42,658 nucleotides of DNA from a virus (lineage: Duplodnaviria; Caudoviricetes): IMG/VR virus record IMGVR_UViG_3300046788_000246, positions 1 through 42,658 of that record; one strand, given 5' to 3'. A model generated the notes under the pieces. It ran no database searches, was not told the origin of the DNA, and saw nothing but the letters and a program-made list of their open reading frames with translations. Position numbers and translations under genes: made by a program. Numbering within the stretch: the first letter of the stretch is position 1; the number at the start of each line of letters is the position of its first letter. Shown here piece after piece: positions 17,265-26,507 of the stretch.

Positions 17265-17738
17265 TTAGTTGAGGTCGTTCGGGTCGAGGACATAGCTCAG
17301 TCGAAAGTTAAGTTGCATTTGACCGACTACAGTCGACCCGGTCTGCAAATCCGTGATATGGCCAGAATGTATCAGCTCGCCGTTCGCACCGAGCAGCGCC
17401 CACAGCTCGTCATCTTTGGTGAACGCTTTAAGCACCTGCATCCGCAGCCCGGACAATTCCTCGCCAACGCCGGGATTGTCTATGGTGTCGCGCGGTCGCA
17501 GGACAATGAACACCTGCGGCGTCAGCTCGAATATGCCAGGGGCGCGCGCGCCCCCACGAGTATGCACCGCCTGCGGGTTTTTGAGGGTCTCACTGCCGTC
17601 GAGCAAGACGAGCGCCGGGAGCTTCTCAGTGGGGATTTCGGCGCGATTGCGGAACACGTTCAAGGGATCGGCCGTGCCGTTCACCGTCCCCAGCAGCGAC
17701 ACCATGCGCAGGAGTATGGCCTCGCGTTTGTCCTGCAT
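17265..17738 (-). CDS. tail terminator / tail completion protein
   Basis: Synteny directly upstream of the major tail gene; size and LPALVLLDGSE pattern. Confidence 0.6.
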   Translation of the reverse strand: MQDKREAILLRMVSLLGTVNGTADPLNVFRNRAEIPTEKLPALVLLDGSETLKNPQAVHTRGGARAPGIFELTPQVFIVLRPRDTIDNPGVGEELSGLRMQVLKAFTKDDELWALLGANGELIHSGHITDLQTGSTVVGQMQLNFRLSYVLDPNDLN

Positions 17739-18079
17739 CAGCGCCGCACCTGCAGTTCCCAGTAAACCACCACATTGCCAGGCACCAATTTCCCGACCGG
17801 CGAAACGATACGCAGGGTCTCGAGCTCGGCGCCGGTCACGGGGTCGAGTGTCACCAGCCGGTCCTGCTCAGAGTCCGGATCAACCGTGAGATCGACCGGC
17901 GACAACAGAGCCTTGCGGTCGGTCTGGTTGATGATCTTGCCTACGCGTTCGTGCGGCATGTAGTCCGAGATGAAGGCGAAGCACGGTCGATCGCCGTCGT
18001 CGCGCCGCAGGATTGCCGGCGCGCCGTATTTGCGGATCATGCCCTCGGCAATGGCGCGTTCCCTGGCGTAGTCGATCAT
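17738..18079 (-). CDS. head closure (stopper) protein
   Basis: IRKYG...ILRR...IINQTDRKALL...VVYWELQVRR pattern; ATG 18079 overlaps the upstream stop. Confidence 0.7.
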   Translation of the reverse strand: MIDYARERAIAEGMIRKYGAPAILRRDDGDRPCFAFISDYMPHERVGKIINQTDRKALLSPVDLTVDPDSEQDRLVTLDPVTGAELETLRIVSPVGKLVPGNVVVYWELQVRR

Positions 18080-18801
18080 ACGATGGCGATCCCCGGACTG
18101 TTGCGCCGCATCACCGCGAGGAACATCAACCCATACGATGAATTGGTCAGGGACGGATAGGCCGACCCGCCGGAAGAGCTCGAAGCCGCCGCATACTGGA
18201 CCGAAATCTGTCCGATCCGTTCGGACGTGACCAAACGCCCCGCTCCACCCGCTGCCGCCTGGCCCTGCGCTATGAAATGGGCCGCCAGGTAGAAAGTCGC
18301 GGCCTGCGCATCCACCGGGTCCCAATCGTCGCCGATGAAAAGCGCGGCCTCATCCAATGCCGTCTGCACCACGCTGTCGTCCACCGCCATGAACTCGGGA
18401 AACATGGATTTGAAGGCGACGACATTGATTGGGTTCGCGGTGTCGATCACCGTCATCGTTCCGATAGTCGGCGTCGAGCGATGCGTCGGATCGACATCCA
18501 GCGGATTGATGATGACGATCTCGTAGAAATAATTACCCGCCAACGCCAAGGTATCGGCGCTGCGCAATTTAACCACGAAGGCGTAGCTTGCCGCGTCCTC
18601 GATCAAGATACCGCCGCCAGCCAGCGTCTTTGTGATCGCGGCCATGGTCTTATCGGCAACACCGCGCACTTGCGGATATGCCGTCCAACTCAATTGCGTC
18701 TGCGAGATGTCGAACGGCGGATCTGGAGGCGGCGTGATGCCGTAATCGACATCGGTAGTATCTCCGGTGATCAGGCTGAAGTTCTGCCGAAGTTCGGTCA
18801 T
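18076..18801 (-). CDS. head-tail adaptor (DUF4054-like) with N-terminal Ig/BppU-like domain
   Basis: C-terminal FKSMFPEF...LAAHF...SERIGQISVQY...SSYGLMF is DUF4054-like; N-terminal ITGDT...DTLALAGNYFYEIV...GTMTV is a beta-sandwich. Confidence 0.75.
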   Translation of the reverse strand: MTELRQNFSLITGDTTDVDYGITPPPDPPFDISQTQLSWTAYPQVRGVADKTMAAITKTLAGGGILIEDAASYAFVVKLRSADTLALAGNYFYEIVIINPLDVDPTHRSTPTIGTMTVIDTANPINVVAFKSMFPEFMAVDDSVVQTALDEAALFIGDDWDPVDAQAATFYLAAHFIAQGQAAAGGAGRLVTSERIGQISVQYAAASSSSGGSAYPSLTNSSYGLMFLAVMRRNSPGIAIV

Positions 18802-20156
18802 GCTGCCTTCTTGCTTATCGAGCCGCGTAGCTTCCTGGGATAGGCCGTGGTCCCGAACATGTAAGCCGGGTCAGTGGTAGTCCCGAACATGTACTTCGGA
18901 TCGGACACGGAGCTGAACAAATAAGCCGGATCAGAAACGGTCCCGAACATATCAGCCGGATCGGGAACCGAGCCGCTCATCGGCGGCTTAGGAACTGATT
19001 GCAATCCACCGATAACTTTGTTGTGCGGAAATTGGTCGAATGCATATACCAGCGGCGGCCTAAGCATAGCGGCAGTCTGGCCGACGTTCCTCGGCGCCAA
19101 GATATCGTCGACGTCTTGATGCAGCGGCGCATGAATATTTGCCGCTCCCGGCACCAGTATCGGCGAAGGAAGAAGATCAATATCGGCAACAGAAGCAGCA
19201 TGCAATGCAACGCTGACAACAAGTTGGGGCGGCCCATGGAAGGTCTCGGCATCAGACACGAGACCGGGCGCGAAAATGATGGACTGGCCGATAACGCCGG
19301 TAGGAACACTGTCATTGTCGGCAAGCAGGCTGGGCAGCAAGCCGGCGCCGGCGCTCGAACTCGCGGCGAAGACCGTATCGGACGTGGGCAATGCCGCCGG
19401 CTGGAGCGCAACGGCGCCCGGAATAACCACGGCAGCGGGAAAGACATCGACGTCGGGATAAAGCGTTGGGAGTAGATTGCCGCCGAGCGCAAGCCCACCG
19501 GGGTAGATCGCGTCGTCGGTGGCATAGAGGGCGGGTGCGAGGAATTGGGTCGAGAGCCTGATATTGGTTACAGCGATCACATCGGCATCGGTGACCAGCG
19601 TCGGCAGAGCGACTTGCGAAAACAGCGGAGGATAAGAGGCATCCGGATCGGTAACCAGCGACGGCGAGAGCGGCGCTGCGCCGGCCTGCGCGCCAGGCGC
19701 CGATATCGCATCTACATCGGTGACCTTCTGCGGCAACAATGCCGCCGATGCTGTGGGCGCGTAGGTCGCATCTAGATCAGGGACGAGAGCCGGCAATAAC
19801 TTCGCGCTGGCAACAGCGGTCGCTGGGATAGCAGTATCTGGATCGGTGATTGCCGTGGGCGACAGGGTGACAGTCCCAGCCGCAAGAGCTGGGGCCGCGA
19901 TCGCATCGGCGTCACTGACGGGTATTGGCAACAGATACGAGACAGAAGCAGGGGAATAAAAAGCGTCAGCATCGCGAAAACACTGCGGAAAATTGTCGGC
20001 GGTTAGAGCTGTGACGTCCGCGGTCCAGCTTGTGGTATCGGTCGTCGGGGCTGTGATGTCGAATGGCACCAACGTCTGGGTATCGGGATTTGGATTTTGC
20101 TCAATCCAAATTCCGACGCCGAAACGTGTTCTGCCGATGCCAGGAATGAATGGCAT
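18798..20156 (-). CDS. DxD-repeat structural (fibre scaffold-like) protein
   Basis: About 14 imperfect ~21-25 aa repeats L-x-P-x-L-V-x-D-x-D-x3-P, plus C-terminal 10-aa repeats. Confidence 0.6.
   Translation of the reverse strand: MPFIPGIGRTRFGVGIWIEQNPNPDTQTLVPFDITAPTTDTTSWTADVTALTADNFPQCFRDADAFYSPASVSYLLPIPVSDADAIAAPALAAGTVTLSPTAITDPDTAIPATAVASAKLLPALVPDLDATYAPTASAALLPQKVTDVDAISAPGAQAGAAPLSPSLVTDPDASYPPLFSQVALPTLVTDADVIAVTNIRLSTQFLAPALYATDDAIYPGGLALGGNLLPTLYPDVDVFPAAVVIPGAVALQPAALPTSDTVFAASSSAGAGLLPSLLADNDSVPTGVIGQSIIFAPGLVSDAETFHGPPQLVVSVALHAASVADIDLLPSPILVPGAANIHAPLHQDVDDILAPRNVGQTAAMLRPPLVYAFDQFPHNKVIGGLQSVPKPPMSGSVPDPADMFGTVSDPAYLFSSVSDPKYMFGTTTDPAYMFGTTAYPRKLRGSISKKAA
18841..18980 (-). 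repeat. 30-bp period coding tandem repeat (about 4.5 copies)
   Basis: TCCCGAACAT-type motif recurs at 30-nt spacing; encodes (S/T)DPxYMFGT(V/T). Confidence 0.8.
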
Positions 20157-20157
20157 T

Positions 20158-20691
20158 TTAATTCCAGGAACGCCAGATATGCCATAGCGGGATGACAGAC
20201 GGCGCGACGCTGAAGGTCAAACCGATCCAGAGCGCACTTGCAACCGTCGTGTCGACTGACGTCGGCCCGCCAGAATGTGCAACGTAAGTCGCGCTGGCAG
20301 CGGTCGCTATTGCACCACCGCTCGACCACTCTCCCGAACAAACAACCGATGAGTTGGCGCCGGGGAGCCCTATCGAGCGAAATGCCAGATAACAGCGGTA
20401 AATAAAAGGCGCAGTGGTGATGCTCGGCACCACGGTTTGCACTGGTGAAACGGTCAATGCAACGCCGCCGATGACGGTGCCGTAGCGCGGCTGGATCGTC
20501 AGCGTCCCGCTCGCGCCGGTAGTCACCGTTCCGCCGACGGCGAGCTCGTACACCTTGCCAGCACGCGGATCAAAAGCCGGGATCGGCGTGTACAGCGTTG
20601 GAATCAACACTGTTTCTGTTGTAGCGGTAATGGTGGCGAACGAGGCATTGACCGGCTCGCTCAAAACATCCGCAAAGTATTGTCTCGACAT
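20158..20691 (-). CDS. hypothetical beta-rich virion protein
   Basis: Thr/Ser/Gly-rich ORF within the fibre cassette. Confidence 0.6.
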   Translation of the reverse strand: MSRQYFADVLSEPVNASFATITATTETVLIPTLYTPIPAFDPRAGKVYELAVGGTVTTGASGTLTIQPRYGTVIGGVALTVSPVQTVVPSITTAPFIYRCYLAFRSIGLPGANSSVVCSGEWSSGGAIATAASATYVAHSGGPTSVDTTVASALWIGLTFSVAPSVIPLWHIWRSWN

Positions 20692-20972
20692 CAGCCCATT
20701 CTCCTGACGCTGTTCGTGATGAAATCGCCCAGCGTCAGCGGCGGGGCGCCCTCCTGCGCTCGTATCCGGTTCTCGTGATCGTACAGCACCGATTGCTCTG
20801 CGGTTGGCTCTGGCGCCACCGGCTCAGGCGGTACGTAGGGATCGGGCACGCCGCCCTCGGCCAGCCATTGCTCGTATTCGATGCGGTCGCGATTTGCCGG
20901 GTCGTTTGGAATGCACGCACCGTCCGAAGTGCGGATCACGGAGTCGGTGTTTGTTAGTTGATAGTCTGCCAT
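20691..20972 (-). CDS. fibre assembly chaperone-like protein
   Basis: VIRTSDGACIPNDPANRDRIEYEQWLAEGGVPDP motif typical of small genes following phage fibre genes. Confidence 0.65.
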   Translation of the reverse strand: MADYQLTNTDSVIRTSDGACIPNDPANRDRIEYEQWLAEGGVPDPYVPPEPVAPEPTAEQSVLYDHENRIRAQEGAPPLTLGDFITNSVRRMG

Positions 20973-20973
20973 C

Positions 20974-22212
20974 TCAAAGCCTCGCGTCCAATTGTAGATC
21001 GAAGCTATAGCCTGTGTTCACCGTCAACGGGGTGCCTGAGAAGATGACCCCACTCAGTCGATCTGGCGTAAGCACGCTGGTTGCGGTCAAAGTTGCTGCA
21101 AGGTAAGCACCGTTGAAATCATTTCTGACCTGATTTTGCACGCCATTACACCATATCGAAAGAGTCGGTTGCGCGCGCATTGGGTCGAACTTCCACGAGC
21201 CGAAGATGGCGTTAGTCCCCACCGTATAGGTGTTGCCCATAAGCGAGCCACTTCCCCCGCCTTTCGGCACCTGACTGTTCGTGCATTGCCAGTAGCGACG
21301 GCAAAGCAAAAGTTCCTGATCGAACGACCGCATGATGAACGGCGAGCGCGCGGCGGATGGCGCCTCGATGCCGGGCAGCACGACCAGGCCGGTGAGGCGG
21401 AAGGAGTCGGATGTCGCAGCAACCGCATTCACCTGTCCTGGCGCAGCGGAATAGTTTCCTGCCAACCAAGTATTTGCCGATGATGCCGTTGCGCTAGAGC
21501 CTGCCGCCAGCGCAAAAACAACACTCATTCCAACCGTGTTGTCGGTAGCCCAGACGCCTGCTGTGTCGCCCGGAATGGTGACGACATTGTACTGCCCTAC
21601 GTCAGCAGCACTCTGCGTATAGGTAAAGGCATAGCAACGATTGCTGGCGCTGTTGAGAACAGTACCGCTGTAAAGGCCCGGCCTGTGGTGGCTCGTCCAG
21701 AAGCCCAGCGTAATCGGCTGCGCATTTACAGTGCCCCACGCCAGCCGGGCAACGCGATAGCCTTCGATGGGTTGATAGATCTGCGCCACATCGGAAGCGC
21801 CGAGCGAGACTTCTGGCGTTTGAACACTCACACCCAATGAGCGAGCAAATCCCGGAACAATATTCGACGTCTGCGCAGCAGTGACCACCATCGTGCCGAC
21901 GAAATACAGCCTCCAGTTATCGCAAGGATAACTACCGTTAACGGTGGTCCCGCTGGCAGCTTTCTCTTGGCTGACCTCCATTCCTCCGTTGATCTGCATA
22001 CCGTTGTAGGCGAGCGCATCGAACGGCGCGGCGTAGACGTTGCTGCGGCCCTGCGTCTGCTGCGTATCTGTCAGCGATTGCGGGATGTCGACGCGCACCG
22101 GCGCGCCGTAAAGCTCGGTGAAATTTCCATTCGCCTTTATCCACGCGGTCCGCATCGGATCGCCCGTGCTATCATTCGGCGCCGAGCCCACATTGATGAT
22201 CTGTTGAGTCAC
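20974..22212 (-). CDS. fibre/spike protein with carbohydrate-binding-like domain
   Basis: N-terminal QQIINVGSAPNDSTGDPMRTAWIKANGNFTELY (T4 gp9/gp10-like attachment motif); INGGMEVSQ...DNW...ELLLCRRYWQ fibre-domain pattern. Confidence 0.7.
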   Translation of the reverse strand: MTQQIINVGSAPNDSTGDPMRTAWIKANGNFTELYGAPVRVDIPQSLTDTQQTQGRSNVYAAPFDALAYNGMQINGGMEVSQEKAASGTTVNGSYPCDNWRLYFVGTMVVTAAQTSNIVPGFARSLGVSVQTPEVSLGASDVAQIYQPIEGYRVARLAWGTVNAQPITLGFWTSHHRPGLYSGTVLNSASNRCYAFTYTQSAADVGQYNVVTIPGDTAGVWATDNTVGMSVVFALAAGSSATASSANTWLAGNYSAAPGQVNAVAATSDSFRLTGLVVLPGIEAPSAARSPFIMRSFDQELLLCRRYWQCTNSQVPKGGGSGSLMGNTYTVGTNAIFGSWKFDPMRAQPTLSIWCNGVQNQVRNDFNGAYLAATLTATSVLTPDRLSGVIFSGTPLTVNTGYSFDLQLDARL

Positions 22213-22215
22213 CGA

Positions 22216-22542
22216 CTATCTGCCATTCTTCTTCAGGTCGAATTCATCTTCCATGTGGTAGGCCATGCGGACAACTTGCGTGTGCGGGATCACCGTCCTT
22301 CGTCTGCCTGTGACAGCGTCATAGTGGTTGGCCAGAAGCATCTGCTTGCCGCGCCCGAACAGCTCGTCGAATTTCTGTTCGGCATCCTTCCGCAAAGGAT
22401 AGTTCTGCCGGATCGCATTGATCAGCACGTTGACGGCGGCTCCCATCACCGCATCCAAAGGCATGCCGATCGACGCACGGGTGATGACGTCGAACAGCAG
22501 TTTTTCGTTCTGCGGTAGATTTTTTAGGGGATCGCTAACCAT
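22216..22542 (-). CDS. hypothetical protein
   Basis: Helical protein-like ORF overlapping the upstream stop region; start chosen at MVSDPLK. Confidence 0.6.
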   Translation of the reverse strand: MVSDPLKNLPQNEKLLFDVITRASIGMPLDAVMGAAVNVLINAIRQNYPLRKDAEQKFDELFGRGKQMLLANHYDAVTGRRRTVIPHTQVVRMAYHMEDEFDLKKNGR

Positions 22543-23164
22543 GAATGGCGTGATCCATGACCTTCGCGTAGTCGACGGCCTGATAGGCGCCAAACCGGCC
22601 GACGCAATCCGGATATTGCTGCGCTACTTCGTGCGCCAACACGCCAACCGAAGGGGTGTGCGAGCGGCGGTAGTTGTAGCGGTACAGCGGCAGGCCATCC
22701 GGCAACTCACCGATGCGGATGATGTCTTCCTTCGCCTCGGCATCGCTCAAGGTAAATATCCCCGAGGCGTTCCAAGTGATGACGATGTTGCCTCCATTAG
22801 GTGTGACTGGCAAACCAGTCACCGACGTATCTTCGAACAGCACCAGGCGCCAGGTGGTGTTGGCTCCGGCGTTCTGCCGGTAGATCACGATCGCCCCGAC
22901 CACCGTGCCCGAGACCGCCGTGAAGGTGACGTCGTCACCGTCGAACGTCCCATTGGCGACCGTCGGGGTGGTGATCGGCTGCGGCGTGCCGACGATGTTC
23001 GTCAGTGACGAATAAAATTGATGCGCGGCCGAATACGCGTACCCGGACGAGGTCGTGATCAAGGCAGCGTAGGGCGCATTACTGCCCGTCTGGTTGAGTG
23101 ACTTGTTGGCGTCGGCTTCGGTGAGAAGCGACTGCTTGAATAGCGGGTAGACTGCGTTAGCCAT
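22535..23164 (-). CDS. virion structural protein with C-terminal Peptidase_S74 intramolecular chaperone
   Basis: N-terminal domain ends GLPVTPNGGNIVITWNASGIFTL, then SDAEAKEDI...GLPLYRYNY...GVLAHEV...VDY (S74 pattern); GGAGG RBS. Confidence 0.75.
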   Translation of the reverse strand: MANAVYPLFKQSLLTEADANKSLNQTGSNAPYAALITTSSGYAYSAAHQFYSSLTNIVGTPQPITTPTVANGTFDGDDVTFTAVSGTVVGAIVIYRQNAGANTTWRLVLFEDTSVTGLPVTPNGGNIVITWNASGIFTLSDAEAKEDIIRIGELPDGLPLYRYNYRRSHTPSVGVLAHEVAQQYPDCVGRFGAYQAVDYAKVMDHAIHG

Positions 23165-23241
23165 GACGCTGGCCTCCTATGAAGAACTGGGGGATATGGA
23201 AAAACGGGGCGAGCGCTGGCACCCCAAACGAAACGCAGGCG

Positions 23242-23700
23242 CTACTTCTTCTTGGCCGGAGCGTCCGGTGCCTCGGCAACCGTGTTCAGCGCATCCACGC
23301 CACCACGGCCCATGATGCCGATGCCGGTTTCGGCGGCGAGCTTCTGCCAATCCTTCTTGGCCATCTTCTCACGCGCCTCCTTGCCAGCCTCCTGGCCTGC
23401 CTGCATCAGCTCGGTTTCCTTCTCGGCCAATGCATGGCGTGACTTCTGCTCTTCCGGTGTCGCGGCCTCGACCTCGGACGGCTCTTCCTTCTCGGGCTCG
23501 TGGCCCGAAACCTCGAGATGGCTCCCGCGCTTTGACGCATCCTGCAGGATCTTCGCCTGTGGCTCCGCGACCTCGACCTCGGCCTCTTGGCCGGGGCCGA
23601 TTACCTTTGCCTCACCGCTGGCGGCATGCAGAACGTGCGGGGCCTTACCGGTGTTCTTGACTTTGATCGTCTGCTTCGCGACTTCCTTGTGCTCGGTCAT
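23242..23700 (-). CDS. hypothetical head-associated protein (Glu/Ala/Lys-rich)
   Basis: GAGGAG RBS before ATG 23700; directly after the capsid gene; the longer track ORF is a shadow extension. Confidence 0.7.
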   Translation of the reverse strand: MTEHKEVAKQTIKVKNTGKAPHVLHAASGEAKVIGPGQEAEVEVAEPQAKILQDASKRGSHLEVSGHEPEKEEPSEVEAATPEEQKSRHALAEKETELMQAGQEAGKEAREKMAKKDWQKLAAETGIGIMGRGGVDALNTVAEAPDAPAKKK

Positions 23701-23711
23701 AGAAGTTCTCC

Positions 23712-24665
23712 TCAAATTCCATCCAGGTATTGCATTGACTTGGGCCTTCTCACCTCGACGCCGCCGGTACGGAAGATGCCGGGAACGTCGAACCGGAGCG
23801 TCGTGACTTGCATCGGCGGTCGGAAATTGAACGGCATCGGCAGATGCAGCTTGAGAATTTCCGGGGCACGCCGGTAGGCGATGGCACGGGCAACACCGCC
23901 GGCACCCGCCGTCTCGAGTCCGCGCACCGTGCGGATCGTGAGCGGATTGCCGGTCAACGCGGTGTAAGCATTGCCGGTCTGGACGAGGTTGAGCCCAGTA
24001 ACCGCCGTATTGGTGACGAGCGATTGTGCCAATGCCGTGAACCGATCCGGCGGCAGCAACAGCGTATCGGCGATTTCCGTTGTCAACGAGACGGTATAAA
24101 CTCCCGACAGGATCAGGCCGATGTCGCGAGCCATCTGGTTGGCGGTCTTGGTCGACCACAAGGCCGACGAGCCGGTACCATCCGCTGGTGCGCCGGTGAT
24201 CGTGACGTTCGGATCGTTCGTGAGCCCGGTCCAGCCCTTGGTGGTGTCGCCGAAGAACGCAATGCGATCGATCATTTCCTCGGAGGCTCGGCGCGCAGCC
24301 TTGGCGCGTTCCATGACCCTGTTGATGGTCGGGCCGGAAATCATTGCTTGTTGGCCGGTCTCCTCCAAGGTCCAGTAGTAGCCGATCGCGGCCATTTCGA
24401 TGCCCTGCTCGAATTTGTTGAGCATGACATCTGCGAACGGGACGTCTGCCGCAAGGTGATTGAACCAGCCTGCTTGGCCGACCTTGTCGCTCGATAAGAA
24501 CGCGACCGATTTCATCCACTCATTGCCCGACGAATCGATCGGCACCAGGTTGGGATATTGGATCTCGGGATAGGCCACCTCGTACACTTGAGGCTCGATA
24601 TATTGTGCCTGCTGCACCACGAAGCTGAGCGCCTGCTGAGCAGCATCGCCGAATTGGTAACTCAT
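23712..24665 (-). CDS. major capsid protein (DUF2184 family, HK97 fold)
   Basis: IEPQVYEVAYPEIQY...YYWTLEE...IAFFGD...GLTNDPNV...TGGVEVRRP...YLDGI typical of DUF2184; synteny. Confidence 0.9.
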   Translation of the reverse strand: MSYQFGDAAQQALSFVVQQAQYIEPQVYEVAYPEIQYPNLVPIDSSGNEWMKSVAFLSSDKVGQAGWFNHLAADVPFADVMLNKFEQGIEMAAIGYYWTLEETGQQAMISGPTINRVMERAKAARRASEEMIDRIAFFGDTTKGWTGLTNDPNVTITGAPADGTGSSALWSTKTANQMARDIGLILSGVYTVSLTTEIADTLLLPPDRFTALAQSLVTNTAVTGLNLVQTGNAYTALTGNPLTIRTVRGLETAGAGGVARAIAYRRAPEILKLHLPMPFNFRPPMQVTTLRFDVPGIFRTGGVEVRRPKSMQYLDGI

Positions 24666-24689
24666 GTGTTGGTCTCCATCCTTGCCGGG

Positions 24690-25160
24690 TTACGCACCCG
24701 GAGCGGTTGCGGTAAGCCGCAGCAGCGCGAGCTGGCCGGCGCTGGCCGATGTGATGTAGCGCGAGGCCGGAATCGCCACGCCGGCCGCGACTGGGTTGAG
24801 CTGACCGGTCGTCGAATCGTAGGTCGCCGCCAAGCCGTGCGTGACGGCCGCGACCGGACGCACCCAGATATCGCCCTCGTTCAACACCGCCATACTATCG
24901 CGCTGTTGATACAGATCGACGGTCTGACCGGATTTGATAATGAGCGTCGTGTCGATGGCGGTAATGCCGATGAATTTTGTGGCGCCGCCGAGCACCGCGC
25001 CGCGCGCATTGGTGCCTTCCGACACCGCGCGCCCGAATGCGATGCCAGCCGCGGTTTCGCAGAGTCGAGTCTCTACATCATCATCATCAAGCATGCTGGC
25101 GATCTGACCTTCCAGGCCAGGCTGAAGCGTCGCGGAATAAGTAGTTTGAACAGCAGGCAT
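24690..25160 (-). CDS. head decoration/cement protein
   Basis: GIAFGRAV...FIGIT...VLNEGDIWV motif; between scaffold and capsid; AAAGGAGG RBS. Confidence 0.8.
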   Translation of the reverse strand: MPAVQTTYSATLQPGLEGQIASMLDDDDVETRLCETAAGIAFGRAVSEGTNARGAVLGGATKFIGITAIDTTLIIKSGQTVDLYQQRDSMAVLNEGDIWVRPVAAVTHGLAATYDSTTGQLNPVAAGVAIPASRYITSASAGQLALLRLTATAPGA

Positions 25161-25193
25161 GTGCTGCCTCCTTTCGCTGTTACGGGTTTGGGG

Positions 25194-26360
25194 TTACGCA
25201 CTCTTGGCCTTGTAGGCGTTGGTTAGGCCGTCGACATATTTTGCGTAGGCCGCCTGGGACGGACTCAAGCTCGGGTTGGGCAGTGGCCGCGACCATGCAT
25301 CGATCGTCCGCTGCAATCCGCCTTTCTTGACTTCCCGCGTCACAGCGCGGAATACGCCGTTGATGGCTTCGTCCGACATCGTCTTGGCGTCGTCGTCACC
25401 GATCTCGGCGGCCACAACCTCGCGCTTGATTTGAATGTCGGTCTTGCCGTCGGTGACCAGCTTGTCTCCGAGCACGCACCGCGCGCGGTCGAACACTTCC
25501 ATGCTTTCGCGGATGGACTGGTCGCGTTTCTGCGGCGTCCATTCGGCGTCGGCGAGTTTCTTGGTGAGACCGATGATCTCGCCGTCCTTGGTCTCGAGCG
25601 CCTTGCCGAGTACGGCGAGCTGCGCGTTCAACTCGCCCAGCTTCTTTTCGTTGTCGGCCAGCTTGCTTTGCAGGCCGCCGAGGAAACGGTCGAGAATCTG
25701 ACCGTCCTTGTCCTCGAGCTCGATCTGCACGCCGTCGATCGTCTTTGTGCTCATGATGGTGGTCTCCTTTCTCGGGGCAACGCCCCTTTGCTTGGGGATG
25801 CGCTTGCGATCTCCAATTTTCAGCTTGTCGCCGCCGCGGGCGAGCTTGACGATGGCGACATGGTTGGCGCGAATGTCGGTCTGCGTCGCGTTATAAGGCT
25901 CGCCGGCCGGCGTGACACCGTCGCCCCACACGAGCTTCGCGCCGTATCCGACGCTCAACTGCGCATGGCCGTTCTGCACCGCGGTGATCGCATCGTGATC
26001 CATGAGCGCCAGCGGCACTTCGATATAGTCACCGTCGCGGGCCACCTTGCCGGTGACATACCCGACGGCAAGCTGCTTCCAGTTCTTCGCGGTGACTGCG
26101 TCGTCAGGATGATCGAGCGTGACCGGCCGCCAGGCCAGCGATGCCATTGCCGCCTTGTCGAACACCTGCTCGGCTGGCCGATAGACCCGCACCACCTCGA
26201 GGTCGTCGCGGCCCACCTCGTGGCCGCTGTAAAGCTGGATTCCGGTGCGGGCGATGCGCGGCGACGCCACCAGATAGCCGTCTTCAGTAATCCGCATTTT
26301 GGCGCCGGCGTCGTTGAGGTCGCAGCGCTCCTCGACCTCGATCCTATCGAGCATGTTCAT
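25194..26360 (-). CDS. DUF2213 prohead protease/scaffold protein
   Basis: TEDGYL...IARTGIQLY...VYRPAEQVF...PVTLDHP...QLSVGY...IRANHVAIVKLARGG; coiled-coil C-terminus. Confidence 0.9.
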   Translation of the reverse strand: MNMLDRIEVEERCDLNDAGAKMRITEDGYLVASPRIARTGIQLYSGHEVGRDDLEVVRVYRPAEQVFDKAAMASLAWRPVTLDHPDDAVTAKNWKQLAVGYVTGKVARDGDYIEVPLALMDHDAITAVQNGHAQLSVGYGAKLVWGDGVTPAGEPYNATQTDIRANHVAIVKLARGGDKLKIGDRKRIPKQRGVAPRKETTIMSTKTIDGVQIELEDKDGQILDRFLGGLQSKLADNEKKLGELNAQLAVLGKALETKDGEIIGLTKKLADAEWTPQKRDQSIRESMEVFDRARCVLGDKLVTDGKTDIQIKREVVAAEIGDDDAKTMSDEAINGVFRAVTREVKKGGLQRTIDAWSRPLPNPSLSPSQAAYAKYVDGLTNAYKAKSA

Positions 26361-26372
26361 GGGCGTAACCTT

Positions 26373-26507
26373 TCAGTCGACTATGGCTGGTGGCGCGATC
26401 GGATTGCGGTCCCACGCGCCGCTGAAATAGCCGTAGGCCGCAAGCGCAAGCATCGCGGCCACGACCAGTACGAATACGGAAAGGAAAAACTGCCGGTCGC
26501 TGGGCAT
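26373..26507 (-). CDS. small single-TM membrane protein (44 aa)
   Basis: MPSDRQFFLSVFVLVVAAMLALAAYGYFSGAW...; TGATG-coupled to the upstream gene. Confidence 0.6.
   Translation of the reverse strand: MPSDRQFFLSVFVLVVAAMLALAAYGYFSGAWDRNPIAPPAIVD

Noticed and set aside
18841-18980. CRISPR-like periodic repeat
   Set aside because: 30-nt period with no unique spacers, in frame within a CDS, and no cas genes
6931-22212. Diversity-generating retroelement or invertible fibre cassette
   Set aside because: No reverse transcriptase or invertase ORF, and no TR/VR-like near-duplicate noticed by eye
23701-24519. N-terminal extension of the 425-aa track ORF 23242..24519
   Set aside because: Overlaps the capsid gene out of frame with Arg-rich nonsense sequence; a good RBS supports the start at 23700
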